Shown here: one piece after another, positions 42,667 through 57,374 of the stretch | Numbering within the stretch: the stretch's first letter is position 1 | How the letters are laid out: each line of letters begins with the position of its first letter | The notes under the pieces: generated by a model | Told to the model about the DNA's origin: nothing | Database searches by the model: none | Seen by the model: the letters and a program-made list of their open reading frames with translations, nothing else | Source: Escherichia coli | Lineage (GTDB): Bacteria > Pseudomonadota > Gammaproteobacteria > Enterobacterales > Enterobacteriaceae | Assembly (NCBI RefSeq): GCF_003334815.1 | Contig: NZ_QOWO01000011.1 | DNA length: 64,000 nucleotides | Reading direction: 5' to 3' (one strand) | Made by a program: the position numbers and the translations under genes

Positions 42667-43545
42667 TTACTGACTCGCCGCAGCCAACTCTTCTTCTGAC
42701 AGCCCGGTAAAGCGCATGATGTCTGCAAGAGGAACTCCGGATTCAAGCATTATTTTGGCTATATGCAGGGCTTTGGATTGTTCCCCCTCCTGCCGCAATC
42801 TTTCCGCAATAGTCATTAAACTCTCCTTGTGTTTCGGTGAACGTTCGGCAACGCCGTCGATAAAATCGTTAAAACGTACAGCGTCGCCAGTTTGCAGTAT
42901 GTAATTAAACAGCCCTTTGATTTGTCTGTCATTAGCGTATCCACTACTTAATAAGCAGGCCATTTGCTCTACCAGCCCCATCAGGTCGCGTTGACGAATA
43001 TGTTTTTGAATTAACTCCAGCAGCGCCATACGTCGGTGCTGCATGATTTCATCATCAGGCATGACGGTGACATCAATCAGCGGAAATGCGGAGGCATAAA
43101 GCTGCCTTGCCAGTTTGGGATCGGCGAAACAATCCAGCCAACACAGCGAATAGGGATAGGGGCTTTCAATACCGTGGTAAAACAACAATGGCACCACCAT
43201 CGGCAACGTTTTGTATCCAGCATCAAGGTGATTTTGCATTGCGGCAATAGCGTAACGCATCATGCGAAATGCGATCAGTTTGTTTGAGGTGCTTTGATGT
43301 TCAATCAGACAATAGATGTATCCTGGTCCTTGTTCCGTTTTCACCGACCACAGCACATCGGAATAGCTTTCACGCAGATCGTCATCAATAAAGCTGCTCG
43401 ACTCCAGCTTGAGGGTTTTCATATCACAAAGCGCGTGAATGGGTGCCGGTAAATGAAACGCAAGAAAATCACGAGCCGTGTCCGGTTGGCGTAAAAAGAG
43501 TTTGAACAGCGCATCGTGTGGGGTGGAACTCTGCTTTTTGCTCAT
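42667..43545 (-). CDS. rpnA: Rpn-family recombination-promoting nuclease / transposase-like protein
   Basis: 292-aa protein (yhgA) of the Rpn/YhgA-like family; no flanking inverted repeats or target duplication visible. Confidence 0.8.
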   Translation of the reverse strand: MSKKQSSTPHDALFKLFLRQPDTARDFLAFHLPAPIHALCDMKTLKLESSSFIDDDLRESYSDVLWSVKTEQGPGYIYCLIEHQSTSNKLIAFRMMRYAIAAMQNHLDAGYKTLPMVVPLLFYHGIESPYPYSLCWLDCFADPKLARQLYASAFPLIDVTVMPDDEIMQHRRMALLELIQKHIRQRDLMGLVEQMACLLSSGYANDRQIKGLFNYILQTGDAVRFNDFIDGVAERSPKHKESLMTIAERLRQEGEQSKALHIAKIMLESGVPLADIMRFTGLSEEELAAASQ

Positions 43546-43690
43546 GGCGTTCCTTCACCTGTTGTTTGAATGCCGCGACTCTACGCGCCACTCCACACCT
43601 GTGTATTAGCGAGTTTTCATCCCTGCGAGATGCTTTCAAAGGAACTTACGCCGTGCTGCAAGAGTTGCATTTTTATGGAAAGCCGCACGC

Positions 43691-43725
43691 AAAAAAGCCC
43701 GGATGCAGACGCATACCGGGCTTTC
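43691..43725 (-). terminator. Rho-independent terminator of feoABC
   Basis: Minus strand reads AAAGCCCGG-tatgcgtctgcat-CCGGGCTTTTTTGCG just 3' of feoC. Confidence 0.6.
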
Positions 43726-43747
43726 CAAAACAGGCGATGGAGTAAGG

Positions 43748-43984
43748 TTAACGCAGCGCCCACCACTCGCGCAGACAGGCTTTTCCTTCCGGGCAGCTTT
43801 TACAACTGCCAGAGAGGCAGCCGTCAGGTTCTTCCTGAATCCGCACGGCTTTGCCCATACTTTCCAGTTGTTGCAGCATGGCGTTAATCATTGGCTGTGG
43901 AGTGTTCAATGTCTGGCTTATCTGGGCCGCTTCCATACGGCCCCGTAACGCCAGCAAATCGCGCACCTGAATAAGTGAAGCCAT
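43748..43984 (-). CDS. feoC: Ferrous iron transport protein C
   Basis: ORF-track frame 43748..43993; start at ATG 43982-43984 ([11 protein letters not shown]...); C-terminal Cys cluster; 78 aa. Confidence 0.88.
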   Translation of the reverse strand: MASLIQVRDLLALRGRMEAAQISQTLNTPQPMINAMLQQLESMGKAVRIQEEPDGCLSGSCKSCPEGKACLREWWALR

Positions 43985-46305
43985 TAATGGCAATCACCGG
44001 TGGTGCTGGCTGCGCAGCAACTGCTTACCGACTTGCGGGTTGCCAGCAGTTCGATATCCACCCGGCTACGCGCGCGGCGCAGCAGACCGATAACCACGAT
44101 GTTAAACAGGATAACCGCCAGAATGCACACCAGGCTGTAAGTTGGATGCTGACTGTAGCTGGCGACCTGATAGAACAATGTTGCCAGTGAGTAAGCGATA
44201 TTCAGCCCCCACAGGATGGAGAAGCCCATCCAGCCACGGCTTGATTCACGGGCGATAGCCCCCATCACCGAGATACATGGTACATACAGCAGGACGAAAA
44301 TCAGGTAGCTGTAAGCTGCTGCTGCGCTACCGAATTTCTGATCCATCACGCCCATCGCCCCGGTACCCATTTCGCCGTCGCCTTTGCTGGCTTCAATGGG
44401 GTTCATCAGTACGCTAAGGCTGAAGGTGTCTTTCAGGCTCTGCCAGGTTTCATCTATCGCACTGAACAGCTCTTCACCGAGGTTAAATTCTGCCGGATTG
44501 AACTCTTCGTCCTGAATATTTTCTGCGGTGTAGAGGGTGTTGAGCGTACCCACTACCACTTCTTTCGCCATGGCACCTGTAAACAGGCCAACCGTTGCCT
44601 GCCAGTTATCTTCATGCACGCCAATTGGCTTGAAGACCGGGGTGATCACCCGGCTGACGGACGCCAGCGCCGAGTCGTTGATGTTATCGACGATTTTCCC
44701 GCTCAGCGAGAAGCTGTTGAAAGCGCTCAGGAAAATGCTGACGATGATGATCACTTTACCAGCACGCAGAACGAAGCCTTTCAGACGCTGCCAGGTCTGG
44801 ATAATCAGGCTTTTAACGTGTGGTACATGATAGACCGGCAACTCCATGACAAACGGCGTCGCTTCACCGCGCATGATGGTGTACTTGAGCATCAGGCCAG
44901 TCAGCACCGCCATCACAATACCCAGCATATACAGCGAGAAGACCGCCAGCGCACCGTTCTGCCCGAAGAAGGCAGCCGCGAATACTGCGAAGATAGCCAG
45001 ACGCGCGCCGCAGGACATAAACGGTGCCATCATGATGGTCATCAGACGTTCACGCGGTGCATCAAGCGTACGTGCACCCATTACCGACGGTACGTTACAA
45101 CCGAAACCGACGATCAGCGGCACAAAGGATTTCCCCGGCAAGCCCAGCGCCTGCATCAGACGGTCCATCACAAACGCCGCACGCGCCATATACCCGGAGT
45201 CCTCAAGGAAGGAGAGGAACAGGTACATCATGCCAATCTGCGGCACCAGTGGCAGCACGGTGTTAATGCCGCCACCCAGGCCCTGGGCGAGGAAGATAGT
45301 CAGCCAGTCCGGGAAGTGGAGCGTGTAGCCAATCCATTGAATACCATGCACAAATAGCGCCACGGAGCCGACGTCAAACAGCGGCTGTAACGCCCCGCCG
45401 ATGTTGATAGCCAGCAGGAACATCAGGTACATCACAAAGAGGAAAATCGGCAGACCGAGGAAACGGTTGAGCACGATTTTATCTACCGCAGTGGTGAAAC
45501 GGCTGGGTTCTGCCGTCAGGGTGTTGCTTACCACATCACAGATGGCAGCAATGCACTGGTAACGCGCATCGGCAATGTGCAGCGCCGGATCGTCCATCTC
45601 ATTACGCAGACGGGCGAGGGCGGCATCCAGATGCTGCGACGCTTCACCGGCGTAGGCGCGGCTGTAGATATCGCCTTCCAGCATTTGCAGGCCCAGCCAG
45701 CGACGTTGTTTCAGCGGGATGTCGGAAGGCATCACTTTTGCCAGTGAATCTGCTTCGTTGAGCAGCGGCTGTGCGTAATGCACCAGTTCCACATTCTCGT
45801 TAGCTTTATAGCGATCAATCGCCAGCTTGAGCGCTTCAATACCGCGACCACGGGTTGAAACCAGCGGGATCACCGGACAGCCCAGACGCGCCGACAGAGC
45901 ATCAATTTCAATACGAATATTTTGCTTCTCGGCAATGTCGAGCATGTTCAGTGCCACAATGCAGGGAATGCCGAGTTCCAGCAGTTGTAGCGTCAGGTAC
46001 AGGTTACGCTCAAGGTTAGACGCATCCACCACGTTAATCAGCAGGTCGGCGTCGCCACTCAAAATGTAGTGACAGGCGATTTGCTCATCGAGCGAGGTCT
46101 GCGATGAGATGGTGGTCAGAGAATAGGTGCCGGGCAGGTCCACCAGCGTGACCTGATGATCGGTGGTGGAGAATTGCCCTTCTTTACGTTCGACGGTAAC
46201 GCCAGCCCAGTTACCTACACGCTGACGTGAGCCAGTGAGCTGGTTAAATAACGTTGTCTTGCCAGAATTTGGATTACCAATTAAGCCAATGGTTAATTTT
46301 TTCAT
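43984..46305 (-). CDS. feoB: Ferrous iron transporter B (GTPase plus membrane domain)
   Basis: ORF-track frame 43984..46317; start at ATG 46303-46305 ([21 protein letters not shown]); G1 motif GNPNSGKT; 773 aa. Confidence 0.95.
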   Translation of the reverse strand: MKKLTIGLIGNPNSGKTTLFNQLTGSRQRVGNWAGVTVERKEGQFSTTDHQVTLVDLPGTYSLTTISSQTSLDEQIACHYILSGDADLLINVVDASNLERNLYLTLQLLELGIPCIVALNMLDIAEKQNIRIEIDALSARLGCPVIPLVSTRGRGIEALKLAIDRYKANENVELVHYAQPLLNEADSLAKVMPSDIPLKQRRWLGLQMLEGDIYSRAYAGEASQHLDAALARLRNEMDDPALHIADARYQCIAAICDVVSNTLTAEPSRFTTAVDKIVLNRFLGLPIFLFVMYLMFLLAINIGGALQPLFDVGSVALFVHGIQWIGYTLHFPDWLTIFLAQGLGGGINTVLPLVPQIGMMYLFLSFLEDSGYMARAAFVMDRLMQALGLPGKSFVPLIVGFGCNVPSVMGARTLDAPRERLMTIMMAPFMSCGARLAIFAVFAAAFFGQNGALAVFSLYMLGIVMAVLTGLMLKYTIMRGEATPFVMELPVYHVPHVKSLIIQTWQRLKGFVLRAGKVIIIVSIFLSAFNSFSLSGKIVDNINDSALASVSRVITPVFKPIGVHEDNWQATVGLFTGAMAKEVVVGTLNTLYTAENIQDEEFNPAEFNLGEELFSAIDETWQSLKDTFSLSVLMNPIEASKGDGEMGTGAMGVMDQKFGSAAAAYSYLIFVLLYVPCISVMGAIARESSRGWMGFSILWGLNIAYSLATLFYQVASYSQHPTYSLVCILAVILFNIVVIGLLRRARSRVDIELLATRKSVSSCCAASTTGDCH

Positions 46306-46321
46306 TGTTGTTATCACCGTA

Positions 46322-46549
46322 TTAACAGGAAACCGCTTCCACTTCTAATAAGGCCAGATCTTTTTTGCGTAATACCAGGCTCACACGACGGGTTTCGATA
46401 TGAATGGGGTCGCCGAGTGGAGCGACGCGCACCACATTAAAAGAGGAGCCAGGTAACATGCCAAGAGAAAGCAGTTTTTGGCGATATGCCGGGCTGATTT
46501 CACGGGAAAAGCCAGTGATTTTCCACGCAGTATCTGGAGTGTATTGCAT
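46322..46549 (-). CDS. feoA: Ferrous iron transport protein A
   Basis: 75-aa SH3-like FeoA protein directly upstream of feoB. Confidence 0.92.
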   Translation of the reverse strand: MQYTPDTAWKITGFSREISPAYRQKLLSLGMLPGSSFNVVRVAPLGDPIHIETRRVSLVLRKKDLALLEVEAVSC

Positions 46550-46657
46550 AGGTGCCTACTTGTTTCTCATTAACTGGATAACTACCTCATGGGGCGTTTG
46601 ACAGCGACATGAGACCAGATGATTTGCCAACAAAGGAGAGATTAAATAATCAACAAC

Positions 46658-46685
46658 ACAATGATAATGAGAATGGTTTCTATCA
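46658..46685. promoter_or_regulatory. Fur box in the feoABC promoter region
   Basis: CAATGATAATGAGAATGGTTTCTATC, AT-rich Fur-type operator about 110 bp upstream of feoA; shares the AATGAGAATG core with the ryhB Fur box. Confidence 0.6.
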
Positions 46686-46880
46686 GCAATACTTAAAATG
46701 TGTGCGAATGTTGGTTTGAATAATAATCTGACTCAATGTTGATGTGGCTCAAGGTTATATCGCAGCGAAAATATAATTCGAATAGTGAATTACCCGGACT
46801 GGCTAATGTTTAATTAAGGTTTCAGTTGTTAATGAAATGATAAATATTGCCGGAATATATTATGAGTTTGGCTGTGGAAT

Positions 46881-46912
46881 AAAAATGCCGGAGATATTCT
46901 CCGGCACTTTTA
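46881..46912. terminator. Bidirectional hairpin terminator (probably for yhgF)
   Basis: GCCGGAGATATTCTCCGGC stem-loop flanked by an A-run and a T-run. Confidence 0.5.
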
Positions 46913-46931
46913 TGTCAGGCAAGGCGTTCGT

Positions 46932-46966
46932 TGCCAGATGCGGCGTGAACGCCTTATCTGCCCTAC
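46932..46966. repeat. REP element
   Basis: GCCAGATGCGGCGTGAACGCCTTATCTGCCCTAC. Confidence 0.7.
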
Positions 46967-47005
46967 GATTTCGTGCAAATTCGAACCGTAGGCCAGTACG
47001 GGCGT

Positions 47006-49327
47006 TTAACGTTTTTTGCCCATTGCCGCCGCCAGCGCATCCATCATCGCGCTATTACCGGCAGGCTGCGCTTCACGACCGCGTGGTTTGGCTGCCGGGC
47101 GGTTGTTTTGCGGGCGTTCATTACCGCCGCCGCGACGAGCGTTGGTTTCGCCAGGCTGCTCATCCAGGCGCATAGTCAGGGCGATACGTTTACGCTGAAG
47201 ATCCACTTCCAGCACTTTCACCTTCACAATGTCGCCCGCTTTCACCACGGTATGCGGATCTTCCACAAACTTGTTCGACAATGAAGAGATGTGAACCAGG
47301 CCGTCCTGATGCACGCCAATATCGACAAACGCGCCAAAGTTGGTGACGTTGGTCACTGCGCCTTCGAGGATCATACCCGGTTGCAGGTCGTTCATTGTCT
47401 CGACGCCATCGGCAAACTGAGCGGTTTTAAATTCCGGACGCGGATCGCGACCCGGTTTTTCCAGCTCTTTGATGATGTCGGTTACCGTCGGCACACCGAA
47501 TTTCTCATCAGTAAAGTCAGACGCTTTCAGGTTACGCAGTTCGCTGCTGTTACCCATCAGATCTTTCAGTGCCTGCTGTGTTGCTGCCAGAATGCGTTCC
47601 ACCACCGGATAGGCTTCCGGGTGAACGGTAGACGCGTCCAGCGGGTTATCACCGTGGTTAATGCGCAAGAAGCCCGCGCACTGCTCGAAGGCTTTCGGCC
47701 CCAGACGGCTCACTTTTAACAGTTGCTGACGGTTCTGGAACTGACCGTTCTCATCGCGCCAGGCAACGATGTTTTGCGCCATCATGCGCGTCAGGCCCGC
47801 CACGCGGGTTAACAGCGGAACAGAAGCAGTGTTGAGATCGACGCCAACGGCGTTTACGCAGTCTTCTACTACTGCGTCCAGTTTGCGGGCCAGTTGCGTC
47901 TGGCTGACGTCATGCTGATACTGACCTACGCCGATAGATTTCGGATCGATTTTCACCAGCTCCGCCAGCGGATCCTGCAAACGGCGGGCGATAGACACCG
48001 CGCCACGCAGCGAAACGTCGAGATCCGGGAACTCCTGTGCAGCCAGCTCGGAAGCCGAGTAAACCGACGCGCCTGCTTCGCTGACGATTACTTTCTGCGC
48101 GGTCACTTTCGGGAACTGCTTCTGCACATCGAGATAGAAACGCTCAGTTTCGCGGGAAGCTGTACCGTTACCGATCGCTACCAGTTCAACGTTATGTTTT
48201 TCACACAGCGCAGCAACGGTCATCGCTGCTTTTGCGGCCTGTCCGGTGTGCGGGTAAATGGTGTCGGTCGCCACCAGTTTGCCAGTGGCATCGACCACCG
48301 CCACTTTTACCCCAGTACGCAGACCCGGATCGAGGCCCATCGTTGCACGCAGTCCGGCAGGGGCCGCCATCAGCAGATCGTGCAGGTTACGGGCAAAGAC
48401 GTTGATTGCTTCATCTTCCGCACGTTCGCGCACGGTGCCCATCAGTTCGGTTTCCAGATGCATCAGCACCTTGATGCGCCACGTCCAGCTCACCACGCCT
48501 TTGCGCCAGCTATCCGCCGGGGCATTGTTCAGGCGCAGGCCAAGGTGATCCATGATGATTTGCTCGCAATAGCTCTCTTTGGGCGGCTCATCGAACTGTG
48601 GATCGGCATTCAGCGAAAGCTGAAGTACGCCTTCGTTACGCCCACGGAACATCGCCAGCGCGCGGTGAGAAGGCACCGTGGACAACGGTTCGTGATGATC
48701 GAAATAGTCGCGGAATTTCGCCCCTTCCTCTTCTTTACCGCTCACCACCGTAGAAACCAAATGCGCGTTCTTCCACAGATAATCACGCACTTTCGCCAGC
48801 AGCGCGGCATCTTCGGCAAACCGTTCCATCAGGATATAGCGCGCGCCATCCAGCGCGGCTTTGGTATCTGCCACGCCTTTATCGGCATCAACATATTGTG
48901 CAGCGGCGACTTCTGGCGTGTGTGACGGATCGCTCCACAGCAGGTCAGCCAACGGCTCAAGCCCTGCTTCAATGGCGATTTGCCCGCGGGTGCGGCGTTT
49001 AGGTTTGTAGGGCAGGTAGAGGTCTTCGAGTTCGGTTTTGCTTAGGGTGGCGTTGATGGCCTTCGCCAGATCATCGGTGAGTTTGCCTTGCTCGGAAATG
49101 GACTTGAGGATCGCCTGACGTCTCTCTTCCAGCTCGCGCAGATAGCTCAGACGCGTTTCCAGATTACGCAGCTGCGTGTCATCCAGACCGCCGGTGATTT
49201 CCTTACGATAACGTGCGATAAACGGCACGGTATTCCCTTCGTCAAGCAGGCGAACGGCAGCGTCAACCTGTTCCGGGCGCGCCTGAATTTCACCCGCAAT
49301 AATGCGGCAGAACGAATCATTCATCAT
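47006..49327 (-). CDS. yhgF: Tex-like transcription accessory protein (S1 RNA-binding)
   Basis: 773 aa; YqgF/RNase H-like and HhH regions and a C-terminal S1 domain followed by an R/G/K-rich tail. Confidence 0.93.
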   Translation of the reverse strand: MMNDSFCRIIAGEIQARPEQVDAAVRLLDEGNTVPFIARYRKEITGGLDDTQLRNLETRLSYLRELEERRQAILKSISEQGKLTDDLAKAINATLSKTELEDLYLPYKPKRRTRGQIAIEAGLEPLADLLWSDPSHTPEVAAAQYVDADKGVADTKAALDGARYILMERFAEDAALLAKVRDYLWKNAHLVSTVVSGKEEEGAKFRDYFDHHEPLSTVPSHRALAMFRGRNEGVLQLSLNADPQFDEPPKESYCEQIIMDHLGLRLNNAPADSWRKGVVSWTWRIKVLMHLETELMGTVRERAEDEAINVFARNLHDLLMAAPAGLRATMGLDPGLRTGVKVAVVDATGKLVATDTIYPHTGQAAKAAMTVAALCEKHNVELVAIGNGTASRETERFYLDVQKQFPKVTAQKVIVSEAGASVYSASELAAQEFPDLDVSLRGAVSIARRLQDPLAELVKIDPKSIGVGQYQHDVSQTQLARKLDAVVEDCVNAVGVDLNTASVPLLTRVAGLTRMMAQNIVAWRDENGQFQNRQQLLKVSRLGPKAFEQCAGFLRINHGDNPLDASTVHPEAYPVVERILAATQQALKDLMGNSSELRNLKASDFTDEKFGVPTVTDIIKELEKPGRDPRPEFKTAQFADGVETMNDLQPGMILEGAVTNVTNFGAFVDIGVHQDGLVHISSLSNKFVEDPHTVVKAGDIVKVKVLEVDLQRKRIALTMRLDEQPGETNARRGGGNERPQNNRPAAKPRGREAQPAGNSAMMDALAAAMGKKR

Positions 49328-49423
49328 GGTTTGAGTTCATCTTTTCGGATCAAAAATCAGGGGATAGTTATACGGACTGGCTGGCAAAAATGCCAGCCAT
49401 CGGCAGGAGGTTAAGACTCTTCC

Positions 49424-49900
49424 TTACGGTTTCACGTACTCGATAGCATTAACATACCAGCTCGCTTCCCCGGCAGGGGTATTCACCACCGCCAGATCGC
49501 CGACTTCTTTTTTCAGCAATGCGCGGGCCATCGGGGAATCGATAGAGATGTAATCTTTACGGCCAAAAATTTCATCGTAGCCGACAATACGGAAACGGTG
49601 AGTCACGCCATCGTCGTTTTCAATCTCCACCCACGCGCCAAAAAAGACTTTGCCTTCCTGCTGAGGGGAGTAATCGACGATTTTGAGATTTTCCAGGCAT
49701 TTAGTGAGATAGCGCACGCGACGGTCGATTTCACGCAGACGCTTTTTATTATACTGATAGTCAGCATTTTCGCTGCGGTCGCCCAGACTTGCGGCCCAGG
49801 TCACCTTTTTTGTGACCTCCGGGCGTTCTTCACGCCAGAGATAATTAAGCTCTTGTTTGAGTTTTTCATACCCTTCCCGGGTAACCAGGGGCGTTTTCAT
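49424..49900 (-). CDS. greB: Transcription elongation factor GreB
   Basis: ORF-track frame 49424..49936; start at ATG 49898-49900 (MKTPLVTREGYEKLKQEL...); 158 aa. Confidence 0.92.
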   Translation of the reverse strand: MKTPLVTREGYEKLKQELNYLWREERPEVTKKVTWAASLGDRSENADYQYNKKRLREIDRRVRYLTKCLENLKIVDYSPQQEGKVFFGAWVEIENDDGVTHRFRIVGYDEIFGRKDYISIDSPMARALLKKEVGDLAVVNTPAGEASWYVNAIEYVKP

Positions 49901-50127
49901 CTCGTTGATTCCCTTTGTCTGTTTGATAATGCGCACATTGGGTATAACGTGATCATATCAACAGAATCAATAATGTTTCGCCGAATAAATTGTATACTTA
50001 AGCTGCTGTTTAATATGCTTTGTAACAATTTAGGCTGAAATTCATACCAGATTTAGCTGGTGACGAACGTGAGCTTTTTTAAGAATACACGCTTACAAAT
50101 TGTTGCGAACCTTTGGGAGTACAAACA

Positions 50128-52196
<2,069 letters not shown>

Positions 52197-52198
52197 AT

Positions 52199-52232
52199 AA
52201 ACGGGAGGCGAAGGTGCCTCCCGTTTTGCTTT
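52199..52232. terminator. Terminator between the convergent envZ and pckA ends
   Basis: AACGGGAGGC-gaaggt-GCCTCCCGTT followed by TTGCTTTC. Confidence 0.65.
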
Positions 52233-52271
52233 CTATAAGATACTGGATAGATATTCTCCAGCTTCAAATCA

Positions 52272-53894
52272 TTACAGTTTCGGACCAGCCGCTACCAGCG
52301 CGGCACCCGCAGGGGTGTCGGTGTATTTATCGAAGTTGTCGATAAACAGTTTCGCCAGGGTTTCGGCTTTTTCCTGCCACTGTTCCGGAGAAGCGTAGGT
52401 GTTACGCGGATCGAGAATCTTCGTGTCTACGCCCGGCAGTTCGGTTGGGATCGCCAGGTTAAACATCGGCAGAGTGAAGGTTTCTGCATTATCCAGCGAA
52501 CCGTTGAGGATGGCGTCGATAATGGCGCGGGTATCTTTAATCGAGATACGTTTGCCAGTGCCGTTCCAGCCAGTGTTAACCAGATAAGCCTGCGCGCCCG
52601 CCGCCTGCATACGTTTCACCAGCACTTCTGCGTACTGAGTCGGGTGCAGCGACAGGAATGCCGCGCCGAAGCAAGCGGAGAAGGTTGGCGTCGGTTCGGT
52701 GATGCCACGCTCAGTACCGGCCAGTTTGGCGGTGAAGCCAGAGAGGAAGTGATACTGGGTTTGATCGGCAGTCAGGCGAGAAACCGGCGGCAACACGCCG
52801 AAAGCATCAGCAGTCAGGAAGATAACCTTAGTCGCGTGGCCCGCTTTGGAAACCGGCTTAACAATGTTATCGATGTGATAGATCGGATAAGAAACGCGGG
52901 TGTTCTCGGTTTTTGAACCATCATCAAAGTCGATAGTGCCATCTTCACGCACGGTGACGTTTTCCAGCAACGCATCACGACGGATAGCGTTGTAGATTTC
53001 AGGTTCCGCTTCTTTCGACAGCTTGATAGTTTTTGCGTAGCAGCCGCCTTCGAAGTTAAACACGCCGTCATCGTCCCAGCCGTGTTCGTCATCGCCAATC
53101 AGGCGACGTTTCGGGTCGGTGGAAAGGGTGGTTTTACCGGTGCCGGAAAGGCCGAAGAACACCGCAACATCGCCTTTCTCACCAACGTTGGCGGAGCAGT
53201 GCATAGAAGCGATACCTTTCAGCGGCAGCAGGTAGTTCATCATCGAGAACATCCCTTTCTTCATTTCGCCGCCGTACCAGGTGCCGCCAATCAGCTGCAT
53301 GCGCTCGGTCAGGTTAAACGCCACGAAGTTTTCGGAGTTGAGACCCTGTTCTTTCCACTGCGGGTTAGTGCACTTCGCGCCGTTCATAACGATAAAGTCT
53401 GGTTTGAAACCTGCCAGTTCTTCATCGCTCGGGCGAATAAACATGTTTTTGACAAAATGCGCCTGCCAGGCCACTTCGGTGATGAAACGGACGGAAAGAC
53501 GAGTATCCGGGTTCGCACCACAGAAAGCGTCGACAACGAACAGACGTTTGCCGGAAAGCTGCCTGGTCACCAGGCCTTTCAGATGCTGCCAGGTTTCCGG
53601 AGAGAGAGGTTTGTTGTCGTTCTTACCTTTGCCTTTGTCTGCCCACCAGAAAGTATCGCGAGTGGTATCGTCACGGACGATATACTTATCTTTTGGTGAA
53701 CGACCGGTGAAGATCCCGGTATCGACGGCAACGGCACCCAGATTAGTTAACACCCCGCGCTCATAACCTGTCAGGCTCGGATCGAGCTCTTCCTGATACA
53801 GCAGGTCGTAGCTTGGGTTGTAAACGATATCATGTACGTCACTGATACCATAAGCCTCGAGTTCTTGCGGGGTCAAACCATTGTTAACGCGCAT
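52272..53894 (-). CDS. pckA: Phosphoenolpyruvate carboxykinase (ATP)
   Basis: ORF-track frame 52272..53963; start at ATG 53892-53894 ([16 protein letters not shown]...); kinase P-loop [11 protein letters not shown]; 540 aa. Confidence 0.95.
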   Translation of the reverse strand: MRVNNGLTPQELEAYGISDVHDIVYNPSYDLLYQEELDPSLTGYERGVLTNLGAVAVDTGIFTGRSPKDKYIVRDDTTRDTFWWADKGKGKNDNKPLSPETWQHLKGLVTRQLSGKRLFVVDAFCGANPDTRLSVRFITEVAWQAHFVKNMFIRPSDEELAGFKPDFIVMNGAKCTNPQWKEQGLNSENFVAFNLTERMQLIGGTWYGGEMKKGMFSMMNYLLPLKGIASMHCSANVGEKGDVAVFFGLSGTGKTTLSTDPKRRLIGDDEHGWDDDGVFNFEGGCYAKTIKLSKEAEPEIYNAIRRDALLENVTVREDGTIDFDDGSKTENTRVSYPIYHIDNIVKPVSKAGHATKVIFLTADAFGVLPPVSRLTADQTQYHFLSGFTAKLAGTERGITEPTPTFSACFGAAFLSLHPTQYAEVLVKRMQAAGAQAYLVNTGWNGTGKRISIKDTRAIIDAILNGSLDNAETFTLPMFNLAIPTELPGVDTKILDPRNTYASPEQWQEKAETLAKLFIDNFDKYTDTPAGAALVAAGPKL

Positions 53895-54272
53895 TTCACT
53901 GCTCCTTAGCCAATATGTATTGCCTGAATAGTAAAGTCTTTTTGGGGGTGTTAACCGCGACAAGGCTCATAGATTTACGTATCTGGAGAAATTCATATTT
54001 GACAAAAAACTCCGTGATTCCTGTCACGAAACGGTTGCTATTATCGCAGAAATAGCATTTTAGGTGTGGAAAATGTTCTCAAAAGGTTAAATCTTGGTTT
54101 ATATGGCGGGAATATTGTGAGTGGAATCGCATTCCTGAATGAAATTGATGCAAATTCAACCGGTAAAGTATCGATTCACCACGCTAACTTTTTTTGATTA
54201 TTTTCTGAAAAAAGCAAAATACTACTGCCCGGATGCGATAATTAACCCACCTTTTGATTCTGGATAACCAAC

Positions 54273-55997
54273 ATGGATAACGTTGAACTTTCACCCGCAA
54301 CACGCTGGGGGATGATTGCTACCGGATTACTTCAGGGTCTGGTTTGCTACCTGCTGATCGCCTGGCTTTCCGGAAAAAATCACAGTTGGATTGTTTATGG
54401 CGTGCCTGCGACCGTCGCGTTTTCATCCGTTTTACTCTTCTCCGTGATCTCTTTTAAACAGAAGCGCCTTTGGGGATGGCTGGCGCTAGTGTTTATTGCC
54501 ACGCTGGGGATGAGCGGCTGGCTGAAGTGGCAAACTGATGGCATGAACCCCTGGAGAGCTGAAAAGGCGCTTTGGGATTTTGGTTGCTATCTGCTGTTGA
54601 TGGCAATGTTGTTGCTACCGTGGATACAACAAAGCCTTCGCATCCGCAATGACAGTAGCCGCTATCGCTATTTTTACCAGTCAGTATGGCATAACGTACT
54701 TATATTACTGGTGATTTTTCTCGCCAATGGCTTGACGTGGCTGGTGCTTTTACTGTGGAGTGAGTTGTTTAAACTTGTTGGCATCACGTTTTTCAATACG
54801 CTCTTTTTTGCAACCGACTGGTTTATTTATCTCACGTTAGGTCTGGTTACCGCGCTGGCGGTGATCCTCGCGCGAACACAGTCACGTTTAATCGACTCTA
54901 TTCAAAAGTTGTTCACGTTAATCGCCACGGGGTTGCTGCCGTTAGTATCATTGCTAACCCTGATGTTTATCATCACCCTGCCGTTTACGGGCCTGAGCGC
55001 GATTTCTCGCCACATCTCCGCCGCCGGGTTGCTGTTGACGCTGGCCTTTTTGCAATTGATCTTAATGGCTATTGTCCGCGATCCGCAAAAAGCGTCACTT
55101 CCCTGGACAGGGCCGTTGCGTTGCCTGATTAAAACCGCTTTGCTGGTTGCTCCGCTGTATGTGTTCGTCGCCGCCTGGGCGTTATGGCTGCGGGTCGCTC
55201 AGTACGGCTGGACTGTCGACCGCTTGCAGGGCGTGCTGGCGGTGCTGGTGTTACTGGTGTGGTCGCTGGGGTATTTTGTCAGCATCGTCTGGCGTAAAGG
55301 GCAAAATCCCGTTGTTCTTCAGGGCAAAGTGAACCTTGCGGTTTCGTTATTGGTGTTGGTGATACTGGTGCTTCTTAATTCGCCGGTGCTGGACAGTATG
55401 CGCATTAGCGTGAACAGCCATATGGCGCGTTATCAGAGCGGCAAAAACACGTCAGACCAGGTAACTATCTACATGCTCGAGCAGAGCGGTCGCTATGGAC
55501 GTGCTGCGCTTGAGTCGCTGAAAAGCGATGCCGGGTTTATGAAAGACCCGAAACGCGCGCGGGATCTGCTGATGGCGTTAGATGGAGAGCAACATCTTCA
55601 GCAACAGGTATCGGAAAAAGTATTAGCCGATAATGTGTTAATTGCCCCTGGTTCTGTTAAACCTGATGCGACATTCTGGTCGGCCTTAATCCAGGATCGC
55701 TATAACGTGATGACCTGTATTGAAAAAGACGCCTGCGTCCTGGTCGAGCAAGATCTGAATAGTGATGGTCAGGCGGAGCGGATCCTGTTTGCTTTTAATG
55801 ATGACAGAGTCATTGTCTATGGCTTTGACTCAGACAGAAAAGAATGGGACGCGCTTGATATGAGTTTACTTCCGAACGAAATAACGAAAGAAAAATTACT
55901 CACAGCTGCGAAGGATGGAAAACTGGGGACGAAGCCTAAAGCGTGGCGCGATCTTGTAGTGGATGGTGAAAGGCTGAATGTGAATCTGAATGAGTGA
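54273..55997 (+). CDS. yhgE: Polytopic inner-membrane protein of unknown function
   Basis: 574 aa; about 10 hydrophobic helices then a soluble C-terminal domain; synteny. Confidence 0.85.
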
Positions 55998-56026
55998 CAA
56001 AGCGCATCAGGTGTATTAGTCGTAAA

Positions 56027-56050
56027 ATCCGGCAGAGCCCTCTCTGCCGG
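56027..56050. terminator. Bidirectional hairpin between the convergent yhgE and hslO ends
   Basis: TCCGGCAGAG-ccct-CTCTGCCGGA perfect 10-bp stem. Confidence 0.5.
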
Positions 56051-56059
56051 ACATACTCA

Positions 56060-56938
56060 TTAATGAACTTGCGGATCTGCCGGAGACGCGTTGTTGCGGA
56101 TTTCAGCAATATCCATCGCATTGAACAGATAGTGGTTACCGCAGTAATCACAATGCATGTCAATTTCGCCATCTTCCGCCAGGATGCTATCAACTTCTTC
56201 ATCAGGCAGCGTTTTCAGCGCATCGGCGCAACGTTCACGCGAGCAGGTGCATTTGAACTCCACATCCTGCGGATCGTAAACCGTCACCTCTTCTTCGTGA
56301 TACAAACGCCACAACACTTCGTTTGCCGGTAAGGTCAGCAGTTCTTCGGTTTTGATGGTTTCGGTTAGCGTCGCCAGGTGGTCAAAGTCGTCCTGCTGGG
56401 CATTTTGCGCAGGCATTACCTGCAACAACATACCGCCTGCAGCCGGTTTGCCGTCTACGTCGCCGGTGCGAATAAACAGGCGCGTCGGCAGCTGTTCAGA
56501 ACGCATAAAGTAATCTTCCAGGCAGGCCGCCAGGGTATCACCTTCCAGACCAACTACGCCCTGATAGCGTTCGCCTTCGCTCGGGGTAATGGTGATCACC
56601 ACGTAACCATTGCCGACCAGCGTTTTCAGGTCGGCATTTTCTGGAATTTCGCCCTGCACGCGCGCCACACCGCGCATCTGCTGGTTATTGTTACCGTTAA
56701 TAACCGCCAGATTCATCGGACCGTCGCCCTGCAGCTGTACGGTGATATCACCATCAAACTTCAGCGTAGCGGTTAACAGGCTGGTCGCAACCAGCAGTTC
56801 TGCCAGCACGTTTTTAACGGGCTGCGGATAATCGTGGTTCTCAAGGATCTGTTGCAGGGTTTCCGAAACGGTTACCAGTTCGCCGCGCACGGCAAAGTTT
56901 TCAAACAGATAGCGATGTAATTGGTCATGTTGCGGCAT
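56060..56938 (-). CDS. hslO: Redox-regulated chaperone Hsp33
   Basis: ORF-track frame 56060..56944; start at ATG 56936-56938 ([12 protein letters not shown]...); C-terminal zinc centre CTC ... C ... CDYC. Confidence 0.94.
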   Translation of the reverse strand: MPQHDQLHRYLFENFAVRGELVTVSETLQQILENHDYPQPVKNVLAELLVATSLLTATLKFDGDITVQLQGDGPMNLAVINGNNNQQMRGVARVQGEIPENADLKTLVGNGYVVITITPSEGERYQGVVGLEGDTLAACLEDYFMRSEQLPTRLFIRTGDVDGKPAAGGMLLQVMPAQNAQQDDFDHLATLTETIKTEELLTLPANEVLWRLYHEEEVTVYDPQDVEFKCTCSRERCADALKTLPDEEVDSILAEDGEIDMHCDYCGNHYLFNAMDIAEIRNNASPADPQVH

Positions 56939-56962
56939 AATCATCTCTCTTGCAGGTGACAG

Positions 56963-57364
56963 TTATTCACTGTCGCCGTGTTTAAATCGTAACAGGTCGC
57001 GGCGCTCTTTTTTGTCCGGGCGTCGGTCCGGGTGCGGCATGGTTAAGGCATTAAGTTTACGTGCCAGCGCCATTTTTTCGCGTTTCTCTACACTTTCCGC
57101 AGTCTCTTCATACAGCAAGGCTGCCTCGCTGGCGGGGCGACGCTGTTCAGTAATCGCCTTTACAATCACCGTGCGTTCGTCATTTCCCTGGCGCAGAGTG
57201 AGCGTGGCATTCAGCTCGACGATTTTGCTCGGCTTGCTGCGCTGCCCGTTGTAATGCACCTTACCGCCTTCAATCATTTCACGGGCCAGCGCGCGGGTTT
57301 TATAAAAACGGGCAGCCCATAGCCATTTATCCAGTCGAACCTCAACAGCAGGTTTCTCTTTCAT
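56963..57364 (-). CDS. hslR: Heat-shock protein Hsp15 (S4-domain, ribosome-associated)
   Basis: 133 aa; S4 RNA-binding motif VRLDKWLWAARFYKTRALA. Confidence 0.93.
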   Translation of the reverse strand: MKEKPAVEVRLDKWLWAARFYKTRALAREMIEGGKVHYNGQRSKPSKIVELNATLTLRQGNDERTVIVKAITEQRRPASEAALLYEETAESVEKREKMALARKLNALTMPHPDRRPDKKERRDLLRFKHGDSE

Positions 57365-57374
57365 GGCGTCTCCT

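Noticed and set aside
42667-43545. Active insertion sequence or transposon at the transposase-like gene
   Set aside because: No terminal inverted repeats or target-site duplication visible, and flanking genes (bioH, feoC) are intact, so it is called as a domesticated Rpn-family gene, not a mobile element.
43518-43948. Three overlapping plus-strand ORFs (75, 105 and 81 aa) across the rpnA-feoC gap
   Set aside because: Mutually overlapping frames across a terminator hairpin and antisense to feoC; no coherent gene.
47894-48925. 343-aa plus-strand ORF inside yhgF
   Set aside because: Antisense to the Tex-like gene; no SD and no motif.
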